This document shows, one piece after another, positions 1 to 11,200 of a stretch of 55,773 bases of DNA. This DNA is from a virus (lineage: Duplodnaviria; Caudoviricetes): positions 1 to 55,773 of IMG/VR virus record IMGVR_UViG_3300047564_005519; one strand, given 5' to 3'. Position 1 is the first letter of the stretch. Each line of letters starts with the position of its first letter. The notes beneath the pieces were generated by a model. It saw only the letters and a list, made by a program, of their open reading frames with translations. It was not told where the DNA came from and did no database searches. The translations under genes and the position numbers were made by a program.

Positions 1-1790
1 AACAAGGTTTAGGATCACTTGATGAAAGTGGCGTAGCTAAAGCTATTGCAGAAGTTTATAAAATAGCTGGCACTGGTGCAGATATAGATTTAGAAAAACT
101 CGGTAGAGCTCCAGTTGCAGCAATGGGTAGAATGATGGGGTTTACTAGAGCAATTGGATCTATGGATCAAGATACTATTTTAGGTCTTGATCAATTTCTC
201 TTAGAAGGAAAACTTAATAAACACGATGCAGAGCTAACTATTAGGGAAATGATTGCTGGCATGGAAGATGCTTTGAAAGGTGTTTCAGACGGACGTTTTT
301 CTGCAATTCGAGACAGAGCTGAAGTTGAAGCTGAATTAACAAAATTTAAGACAGCTTTAAATGATGGTGATGACGCAATTAGAAAAGCTTTATCAGATAG
401 TATAGCATTAAATAAAAATCATAAGTTTGCAACCCTATCAAAATTAAACGCAATTGCTGAAACTACTGATCTTAATTTAGGAATAATAGCAAAAGGTGGA
501 TATGGAAGAATGGCTTCCAATCCAATTCTTGCTACAGTGAGAACTTCATTGGAAGAAGATACCTTAGCTGATTTTATTGTCAAAAAACATGCTGACTCAT
601 TAGCTGAAGCAAATGCATTAACAGCTAAAATGATGAAAGAGCTTTCTGATCCGGATATTGCAAATCATGCTGCGAGGATGATGGCTATAGGTGAAGAGAT
701 TTTTGCTGATATCGACAGGGCTGCTCAGCTGAGGGGAGTAACCCGTAGAGGACTATTTGATGCGTTGGATCAACAGGGTGCAAAACTTGGATTCGATGTT
801 GCTTCGTTAAGATATGTGGCAAGTGCAGTTGGAGTTGACGAGATGAGCACTAAAGCTCACCAATTGCACAGGGAAATGATGGCAAATAGGCAATTAAGAA
901 GAATAAATTATTATACTTCTATGGATCAAAGTAATGCTAATAATATTTTTATGGGATCTCTTCAAGGAGATCCTGAATTCTATCAATATAATGATGATAT
1001 TTTAAGAAGTCAAGCTAGAGAAGCATTAGACTCAACATATGATACTACAGAAAGAAATATATTAAAAGTATTAGCTGATCAAAGTGAAGAAATTTCTGAT
1101 CCAGCAGAATTGAGATTCGCTAATCTGCAAGCAGATATTATTAGATCTAGAATTGAGCAAGCTAAACTTCAGGCAGAAGGATTCAGAGATGCTGGAGCTG
1201 GAACCGATATAACAGCGGATGAGATGAGAAATCTACTTGACACTGAAGGAGCAGTCGATAGCGTTGACAACATCGCTGGCACAGCTGATGACACTCGTGT
1301 TACAAGAGATATGTTACGTTCGATTACACCTGATGATGAAGGTAATCTTCCGTCAATATTTAATAAAGCAAATTATAAAAGATTTTCTAAAGATATGTTT
1401 AAAGATGGTGGTGACTTAGCTGATCTTGTCACTAACCCATTGGTCAGGAAAGGTGCTGCTGGTTTAGGGGCACTAGTAGTTGGCAGCTTTGCTTATTCGG
1501 CATTTAAAGATAGATCCAATGATGACGTAGAAGGTCCTCCATTGCTACCTGGTGGCTCATCTTATGAAGGTAATTTTCCTTCTAGGGCACCTGAAATTGG
1601 AGATTTTGCTGGACAAGGCTATTCTCCTGGTGTCAATTATAAGGTTTCATTATATGGTAATAGGAAGGCTGTCCAGCAGTTTACAAATGAGGCTGGCGGG
1701 CTTGTAAATGGTAATATTGATACTACTATGTATAACAGGATTTCAAGCATGAAGCAAGACCCATATTCTGCGTTAGCTTCTTCATATTAG
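1..1790 (+). CDS. 5'-truncated large virion protein (tape-measure-like or ejected internal protein), C-terminal part
   Basis: The frame of ORF 123..1790 is open back to position 3, so the gene starts outside the window. It is Ala/Asp/Leu-rich and looks helical, with one hydrophobic segment (GAAGLGALVVGSFAYSAF) near the C-terminus. It lies upstream of the baseplate genes. The function is inferred. Confidence 0.5.
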   Translation, partial: QGLGSLDESGVAKAIAEVYKIAGTGADIDLEKLGRAPVAAMGRMMGFTRAIGSMDQDTILGLDQFLLEGKLNKHDAELTIREMIAGMEDALKGVSDGRFSAIRDRAEVEAELTKFKTALNDGDDAIRKALSDSIALNKNHKFATLSKLNAIAETTDLNLGIIAKGGYGRMASNPILATVRTSLEEDTLADFIVKKHADSLAEANALTAKMMKELSDPDIANHAARMMAIGEEIFADIDRAAQLRGVTRRGLFDALDQQGAKLGFDVASLRYVASAVGVDEMSTKAHQLHREMMANRQLRRINYYTSMDQSNANNIFMGSLQGDPEFYQYNDDILRSQAREALDSTYDTTERNILKVLADQSEEISDPAELRFANLQADIIRSRIEQAKLQAEGFRDAGAGTDITADEMRNLLDTEGAVDSVDNIAGTADDTRVTRDMLRSITPDDEGNLPSIFNKANYKRFSKDMFKDGGDLADLVTNPLVRKGAAGLGALVVGSFAYSAFKDRSNDDVEGPPLLPGGSSYEGNFPSRAPEIGDFAGQGYSPGVNYKVSLYGNRKAVQQFTNEAGGLVNGNIDTTMYNRISSMKQDPYSALASSY

Positions 1791-1801
1791 GTTGGGATTA
1801 G

Positions 1802-2242
1802 ATGATTGGTAGTATTGTTCAGCAGAACAAATCTTTAAGCGACGCTGGAAAAACGCCAAAAGATACATCACCGAGATTAGATGCCGCAAAAAAGGCTTCA
1901 GCTAAAGTATCATCTGAAAAAGTTACAGCTAAAGAAGCCGTTGGCGATTCTCGTGGACAAGTTTCCAGAAGTACAAATAATAAAATGAAAGGTTCTTTCC
2001 AGGGTCTAAACACTAGCCCTGGAACAGTTCTTCAGTTTAAAAATACTGGTTATGATTCAAAGATTAATCAATTAAAAAGATATAATAAATCTTTCCAGTC
2101 TATTTCTAATGGAAATTTTGGTTCTAATTCTTTTACTTCTAATAAAAGTTATAGTATAATGAACAATTATAGTTCTGTGTCAGCTGAGAATTCTTCTAGT
2201 GACAGATTAGGTAAAATAGTTAAAAATAATATGATGTTTTAA
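1802..2242 (+). CDS. hypothetical basic Ser/Asn/Lys-rich protein
   Basis: 146-aa ORF that fills the gap between flanking genes. It is low complexity with no recognisable motif. Confidence 0.6.
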   Translation: MIGSIVQQNKSLSDAGKTPKDTSPRLDAAKKASAKVSSEKVTAKEAVGDSRGQVSRSTNNKMKGSFQGLNTSPGTVLQFKNTGYDSKINQLKRYNKSFQSISNGNFGSNSFTSNKSYSIMNNYSSVSAENSSSDRLGKIVKNNMMF

Positions 2243-2256
2243 GCGGAGCAATTTGA

Positions 2257-5200
2257 ATGCCAGCAAATAATGATACTACTCTCTATATTCTAAGTATGCT
2301 CTATACATATAATGCTTTTGGCGTTGAAGATGAGCAGTATATTAAACAAGTAATAGATATACTTGAGTTGAAAAATAACTATTTCTTCGATGTAGAAGCC
2401 GATAATGCTGGACTTAGAGCTAGAAGGAAAAGCTTTTTACAGGGAACCTATAGCCCACCATCTGAGGCGTCAGCTACCGCCGCTCCTGCGCTGTCAGAGA
2501 ATGGTTCTAAAATATTCTTTACAACGACAATGGAAGCCCCTAAAACTGATGAGTTTGCTAGATTTGCACTTAGTACAGTTATAACTAAATGGCTAGGATT
2601 AAGCACTCTTTTTAGTGAAGCAAATTTAGCTGAACTTGAAGATAAAACTGGTACAACTGGATCAGGATGGAATATAGATCAAGCCTTCCAAAACTTTATA
2701 TTTCAAGAATACTATTTATTAGATGAAAATATTGATTTATTTAGTTTATTATGTGTTAATAGATTAAAAATTTGGTTAGGAATTTGGCAACAAAATGGCA
2801 CGGTAAGTCCTGATCTAGCATTTGTAGAAGAATCAAAAACTATTAGTGAATTTACAGTAATAGAAGGAGAAGATGAACAATCTGATCCTACAGGTTCCAC
2901 TAATACTACAACCGCTAATAATCTTTCCTTTGATGGTTCTAATAATCTTATTTTTATATGGGATAAAGTATTTAGCACTCAAGTAACAGGTTATGAAGCT
3001 GGATTTGATAATATTCACAAAGTTTCTTTTATTAATAGATCTCCATCTTCAGATCAAAAAAATTCATTCTATCGTGTTTTTTCTAAGATAAGTTCTGATA
3101 TTTTAGATGAAAATCAACCAACAAAAGCAATGTTGTCTTCTTTTGGCGGAATTGTAAATAGACTTATTTCTTTTGGATTTTTTGAACTAGCTTCATATGC
3201 GTATGAAATTTCAGAATTCGCTAAGAAAAGATCTGCCAATGTATCCTCTGTCCAAAAGTCCGCTTTTGAATTTATAGATCCAGCAGTCGATCAAGTTTGG
3301 ATAGATAAACTTATTCAAGTTGAATATATAATAAGGAAAGATCCTGTTTTATTCTATAACATTATTAATTATTTCCCAAGTTTAGCAATATTCATATTAG
3401 ATGCACTCACTATAACATCAGACTACTCAAATGGTGGTTTAGGTGGTGGATCTGAAGATATCTTAAATGATCCTGAAGCATTCTTAGATTCTTTAGAAAA
3501 AGCTTTTGGAATGGAAAATGGTAAAGCAGTTTTTACATTAGCTAATCGTTTTACGAATACAGCTAAAAGGATTAAGGATGTCATTGAGAGTTCCCCATAT
3601 CGTGACAATACTCCTCCAGAAAATCCTGATATCTTTCATTTGCGTCTAGGTGCTGCTAACTTTTATGTTCCACCATTAACAATTGATATTAATTCTAGTT
3701 TTAAAGCTGGAAGTTTAATGGGAGCTGCATTACGTCAGAGGAGTAGCCCTAAGTTTAATTCTGGCTATAAAGAAACAACTATTAGAATGAAATTGTTTTT
3801 CCCTAATTATGAAGAGATATGGGGAATCACAATAGACGATGCTTCTAGTATAACTTTAAATGAAGATTTTAAAATTGATTTTAGAGCTAATGGCGATTCT
3901 GACGCAAAGATAGATAAGTTCTTGTCTTCTCTTCGTGGACTTGTAGCTGCTTTTAAGTATTCTCCATTCCTACCTATTAAGAATCACTACCTTAACAGTG
4001 TTCATGGGATTACGGCTGTTGGATTGTCATCAATGACAATTGCAACTATCCCGAATTTCCCATTTGCTCTTGCTGTTGATTTAGAGCTTGTAAACTTTAA
4101 TCATAAACCATTCTTGCCGATGATAACTGATTTTAATCAAGCAATTCATTGGGGTAAATATCGCCAATATATGGGTAAGGCAGCTGGGCATTTAAGTAAA
4201 TATGTTAGTGAAGAATTTTTGTTAAAAACAACCGATCTAAAAGAAACAGATGCTTTCCCATCTGAGGGAATACTAGACGGAAGTGCTATTGATCCAGATA
4301 ATCCTCCTGATTCTAATGATATTGTTATAACAGAAGCTGGTGAATATAGACCATTTCAGGCATTAGATAGCACTACACTAAAGGAGAGCTTGTTACTACC
4401 GGAACTTTTAGCTGCAGAAGCAGCTGGTGATGTATTGAAAACAAATATTCTTAGTGAATGGCGAAATGGTAATCACTTAACATTATTCTCTCCAGCTGAA
4501 GCACAAACTAAGATGTATTTGCCAAGCACTTCTTCTTTTAGAAATGAAGAAGAAAAGATTATGACTGATCTTGGTGAAAGTTTTTGGGATTCACTTTTAA
4601 AGAAGATTGGCATTGATGTTAATCAATCCGCATCATATGGAATTTCATTAGCAGAGACAGTAGATATTTCTAGGGAGAATGCGTACAATCCTTCTATTTT
4701 TAAAACTATTACAGATTTAAATCAAATATGGACTGCAGGTGCAAATCCAAATTCTCAACAAGATTCAATTTACGAATTTTTAACAACTACATTCATTCAA
4801 CAAAACTCTTCTACTTTTCCAAATACAGATGAAGGAAAAGCAGTTAAAGCATGGTTTAAGGATAGAAATAACCCGTACGACGCTGGCTATACGGAACAAC
4901 TTAGTTATATTTTCCAGGGTCAATATATCACAGCTTCCCTATACGCCGTTAAGAATGCTTTTGAGGAAACGGCTAATAATCCAAAGAGTATGCTAGATTT
5001 CTTGATTGATAATCATATAGCTAATATTGAAGGAACAACTGGTCAAGCACCAGACTACGATAAAGTGAAGCAAGAATTTTCTCGAGCTTTCAATGTTGTT
5101 ATGTATGAAAATTTCTTTAGGAGTGGCCCTGTACAAGCTTTGATGGAAGCTTCTAGACTTAAATCTGGACATATTCTTTTTAGAGAATGGGAAGTACCAA

Positions 5201-8200
5201 TGTTGCGGGTCGATTTAGACCCAAATTCAGTTATCATTAATGGTGTCACAGTTTCACTTGGTAATAGTTTAGTAAAACTTCAAGTCCAAATGTTAGATGA
5301 ACCAACTTATCAGCACATTGGCGGCAGAGATAGCTACATCAATATTTCAATGACGGTTATTGGTGAAAAAGAATTGGTTAAACTTAAAAAAGTTTTTGAT
5401 CATATTTCTGGATTAGCTAGATTAGAGCACAGTACTGGTGTTATTGGATTCTTAGGTATTAAAAATATTATTACGGCCTTAGCTGGAATTAAGTATGTGA
5501 TGCCGCTTAACTATAGTGTTAATACTCGACCCAACTTTCCGCATGTTTATGATGTTGAATTATCTTTAGTAGACTTTGATGTTTTCCAGCAAAAAAGAGA
5601 AGAATTAAGCTCGAAGCAGCAAAGAGATTTAGTTGATCATTTTGGCACAAAGAGAAATCCATTTTTAAGAATCAAACAGCTTTGGGGATCGTTTAATGCA
5701 TATCCCGATTTCCCTCTTTCAGTTGTAGATAATTCTGGAGAGATTGTTGGTCATTTAGATCCTGACTTCTATTTCAGAAGTTTCCAAATGTTTGATCAAG
5801 ATGTGGTAAATAATCTAAGCGGACAAATTCCTAAAATTCAGAACTACGCTTTTGAAGATCCAGTTAGTACTGCTGATATTGGATTTGTCGCAACTGCAAC
5901 TGAAAAAATCAAAGAATTCATGAGACTATATAACGATAATGTTAATGGTACAAATTCTCCAGAGGTAAAAAATTCTATTCTTGAAGATATTGTTTCATGG
6001 ATGGATGAAAATCAGGTTAATAAACAAAGATTTGTTAACATTTTTTATACTATAGTTAAATCTGAGGCAGCAGATTATGCTTCTCCAACTGTTAAATATC
6101 AGCTTTTAACAGATTTTATTTCTTTTGACAGTGGCATCAATGAAGACAATCCATATGGAATGCAAGAGTTACAAGGATCGCAATTCCAGGTTGGAGACTA
6201 TTCGCCCAATGATGCATCGATGCTTTCCTCTATCGAGGCTGCTTTAGAGGGTAAATATAATTTAGTTTATTACGATGAACAATTTGGCGCTTATAAGCAG
6301 GAAGACTTTGTTAGTTTCCATCCAGATGAAGTTGATTTTCATAAGCAAATTTTCTCTATTCCAGCTTCGGATCCAAAAGCAATTGAATCAGGCAAGATAC
6401 CTTCAATACTCCATACGGCAATAGGCGTTTACTACGGATACATTGATAAAAAGAATGGAAGATTCTATTTAACTATTGCTGGTAATAATGTTAAAATGGA
6501 TGAAAATAAAAATATCCAATTTGGAACTAACTATTTCTTAGATACTCAAACTCCAGATAAGGGAACAACTCAGCCACTTAGCGGAGTTAGTGGGGTATCT
6601 GCGCTTTCCGAGTACCAGAAGCCAAATAAGGGTGATGAACCTGGTCACTGGGAAACTATGATGGTTGATACCCAGTACCGTGATGTTTCTGGTCGGATGA
6701 TCAGAGCATTCCCAACGTATATGTTATGGCTGATTGATGAAGGCGGATATTTCGCGGGAGCTAAATTATTTGACAACTTCTACGGACTCCAGTCCATTAT
6801 AGATTTTTCTGTTGTCACATCTGAAGATTTATTAGGCGATACTCTTATCTTCAGGGTTTCTAACCTTTACTCCAAGTTAACAACTAAGCCTTCTACTGAG
6901 CTATTTTCTTCAGAAGATTATAGTGGAGATAATGGTCCATTGAATCTTTCTCAGGGCATGACTGGAATTTTGGATAGATCAATAAATATGGCACGCAATA
7001 TCGCGTCAGGTATGAATGACTATGTTCCAGATATCATGAACATAAGATTAAAGCCTGGAGTAAGAGTTCACCTTAGAATGGGCTATGGTGCCAACCCTAA
7101 TGCCCTGCAGACAGTTTTTAATGGAATTATTACCAATGTTGAGCAAGGTGAAATTGTTACAGTTACTGCACAGTCTGATGCAATAGAACTTGGAGCAGTT
7201 GTTAATTCAACTGATCAAAAAGGTAGTTCAGGGAAAATAGACGGCGGAGTAGATACTGGGATGTATCTTTCTGAGCCAAGAGATTTAATGGTAAGACTTT
7301 TGTCAATGGGGGCATCTCGAGTTCGAGAAGCATTTGCTCATGCAACTAGAGGAACAGTTTTTTCTCAGAACAAATTTGGCATTAGACATTTTGGATCCAT
7401 TCTATATGAACCTCTCTCAGAAGGCGAAGCAGCAAAGAGTGATGCCATTAGAGAAAGTATTACTGGAGCAATGGGATATCATTCCACCGAAAATGGAGGA
7501 AATACATCTGATCCATCATTAGGCGCTGCTGCCGGTTTTTCCTTTAATCTTAGAAGTGGACTAGTTCCTTTGATGTCTCAAATGTGGTCTAATTTTGCTT
7601 CTCAAACAGATCTAGAAATTTTCAAAAGAAATATTTATCCAGGAAACGGTTTAGGTGTAGCACAATTCCTTGGTGGAGATATCGATGATGGGTGGTCTAC
7701 TGTATCGTCAATTGTTGAAACACAAGAAGCTAATGATAGAACTTCTGGATATTTAGGTAGATTATCTGATCAATCTTATAACGAACTGCTAATCAGATAT
7801 CAGCAAGATGATAAGAGCGCCCAAGAAACAGTGGCAAATCTTACGGCTGGTAATGCCTTAAATACTGAAGGTCACTCCTTCATGAACTTTGCTGCAAAAG
7901 GTGTTGTAGGCGGTGCTGCAGTAGCTGGTGTTGCTGCACTTTTTGGTCCAATCAGTGGAGCTGTTGCAGGCGCTGGACTTCTCGGTGTTTTAAGTGGTCG
8001 TGGCGGAACTAATCTTTTTAGAACGATGGGAATTCTTTCTGCAAATCCAGATGATGATCTTCCTGGTTTTGATGAAATTTCATTCAGAGCTCAAACATAT
8101 ATGAGAACAGTCTGGGACCTATTCCAAACCTGTGCGCGTCTACTTCCTAATTATATTGTTGCGGTTAGACCTTTCGAAGATAGATCTACAGTCTTTTATG

Positions 8201-11200
8201 GTAAACCACACTGGCTTTATACATCTGGAGTTGTTCCAGTAACAACTGGTTATCCAACAAAAGAAAAAGCTGAGGAATTAGGTTTAACCAAAGGTCCAAA
8301 AGAAATCACTCCTAATGAAGTTTTAAATAAGATTTTGGATACAATTAACAGAGATACTAATCCGTTAAGTGACTACTCTGCATTTTTTGAGGCATTTGAG
8401 CCCAATGAAACTCTTAGCTCAATGGCTAATGATATAGTTAATTCAAGTGGCATTTATGCTCCTACCCAGTATCTTGCTGGTAAAGTTATTAACTTCATGT
8501 CTTATCAATGCAAGAATTATATATCAGATAACTATGAAAAGAATTCTGATTCACAGGAAGATGGTGTTGTTATCTATCCGGAAACAAGCCTAAGAGCACA
8601 GATGCCTTTGAATAAAGCTAAAGTATATATTGGTACTCACCTTCCAGTCATACCAAGGAAAGAAGCTAGAGAAGATTCTCAAGTATGGACAAAAGTTACG
8701 GATACAATTGAGTCTCAACGTTCACTTCATAAGCAAATACCAAATCTTACTCCAAGATATCAATTCCCATATTTCTCAACAACTGAAAAAACTTTTTTAC
8801 CAAGTGGTCCAGATCTTGTCCCATTAATTGGTGGTGTTTATTTGAAGGATTTTCTTGGTGATGTTGATTTAACTCAATCTGGAGATTATCTCAAATTATC
8901 AGTAATGGAATTAGAGGAATTTCAGATAAGTAAATTTTCGTTAGCACCTGGAATTGGTGGGGATAGTCCATCAATTCAGTTAGACGTTCCTTTGAATTTT
9001 TCTGATCTTAATCAGAAAATTGAAGGAGCTTTTCCAATTGACACAACATACGTAACGATGCCTATCCCACAAACTCAAATTGGTTTTGAATTAGCTAACG
9101 CTGCGACTATTGCTGATGGAACATATAATGATTTTGAATTTCAATCAGAAAACTTTGATTTAGATTATTCAGAATGGGGCGCTCCGGAAACTCCTGAAGA
9201 TGAACAGTTTTATATTGCGATGAGATGGCCTTATCAGCCATCTGGAGTTGATCAAGATACCTTGAATGTTTGGACTTCAACATATGGACTAGATCCAGCT
9301 GGACTGTATGGAACAGCTCAAGAATATAAGGATAGAAAAGTTTTAGTTTATAACCCAAAGAATGGAAGAGCTGTTGTTTGTAGACCAGCTTATTTCTTGT
9401 GGGGCAATAATACGGCAGCAATTGGAGGATATTTTAGCGGTACAGAAATGCAAATCCAAGCGTCAGAATATGACGCTTTAGTCTCACCCGATGCGGCGTA
9501 TTTCCTTGGTGTTATTACTTATAATACAATTGAAGAAATAACCGGTCAAGCACCAATGGCTGTAGAGGAGAGTGAGGTAGTTTCTGCTGCTAGAAGGTCT
9601 GGATATAGATTTGGTCCATCTATACAAGAATGCTATATGGGCTGGGTTCCAGATTATGTGCCTGTTGGGGTAGTGGCAACGGTAGTTGCTCCAGTTGAAA
9701 CATTTAAAGAAGTAGATCCAACTACTGGTGAAGAAAAAACATTGCAAACTACAATAACTGCGGATGGTAGAACAATAACTGCTCCTGGTGCAAATAAAGC
9801 TAAAGAATTAATGATAGGCTCTGCTCCATATATTATTGGATTTGGAGGATTTAGTTCAACATCAAACACTTCAGTAGAAGTAGAAGACACAGTTGCTACA
9901 CGTCTAGCAAAACAGGGGGGAACATCCCCAACTGAGCTAACCGTTATTCGTAATCCAATGTTGGGTGATGGAAGAGGCGGAATTTCAACAAATGACCCAT
10001 TTGCTGTTATGTCATTGTTTAATGTTGAGTATTATGATGTGCAAGAATTTTATGAGTATGCCGGTAATCCAGTTAATATAGGTGATCATAAAACTTTCTT
10101 TGATGCAGTTGTTCAGGCCGATTATGGGGTTATCTCAAAAGATAAATTAAATGAATTCAAATCTGAAGATATTAGTCTTAATGCAGATAAAAGAACTAAA
10201 TTCCTTAGTGTATGGAATGTTGCTGATCTGATCAGTGTACAGGCCCGTCAATACTATGATGAAGACTATGATCCTAATGTTTCGGTAATTGCTGGTAATG
10301 GAAGAACTCTGATGGAAGCTCAGGAAATTTGGGATCAATTTAGAGCAGAATATCACACTTATGAAAGTGTAAAAAAAATCTTTGCAGATATCTTTGGATT
10401 AAATCCTGACAGTGAAGAAGAGTTTCCTCAATTATTTAAAGCTATTATCACTGGTGATGACACTCGTGATACTGGGTTAAGTACTTTATATAATAGTAAA
10501 GATGGATTACAGGATGAATTTGGAATTCTACTTGGATCAGATTATGTAAGCGGACTTTCTGTTGGTAGTCCGACTTCTCACATTGAAAATGATTATCAAA
10601 ATCAATATCTTGAGGCATTAGATTTTATGGCCAGAAATTTAGTTGACGCACCATTAGATAAGGGTGGGTTAATTAAATATTATGAAAATATTATGAAAAC
10701 TAATTTCTTAAGAATTTATGAAAACTTTTTCTCTGGACAAAACATCGAAAATATTTTTGGGTTTAGTTTAGAAGCTGAAGATGGCGCCCTTAATGCTCCC
10801 GTTAATGCTAAAACTTTATTGCACGATAATATTAATAGTCCTAAGCAACTTTTCTTGTTGATGGTTGGTATCTTCCGTCAAAGAATGTGGGAAGATCCTT
10901 ATGCAAGAGCATGGCTAGTTTTGAAGCCAGACAGAATCAGTAGTTGGGCTCCATGGAGCGATGGTAACGGCTGGTCATTTAGACCTGTAGATAAGATTTT
11001 CAGAGCATTTATTGATCCTTATCAAGACTATGCTAAATCCAGTAAGAAGGCAAAGTTTTTGGAACTTCTCGTTAAAACAAGGGGTGAAGGAAATAGTTCT
11101 GGAACTGTATATGGTGAGGTTCTCAATGATGTTGGAACTTTTGTAAATAGAACAGTTGGACCATTAGTTGGTGCATTAGGCGGTGCTTTAGGCGGACTAT

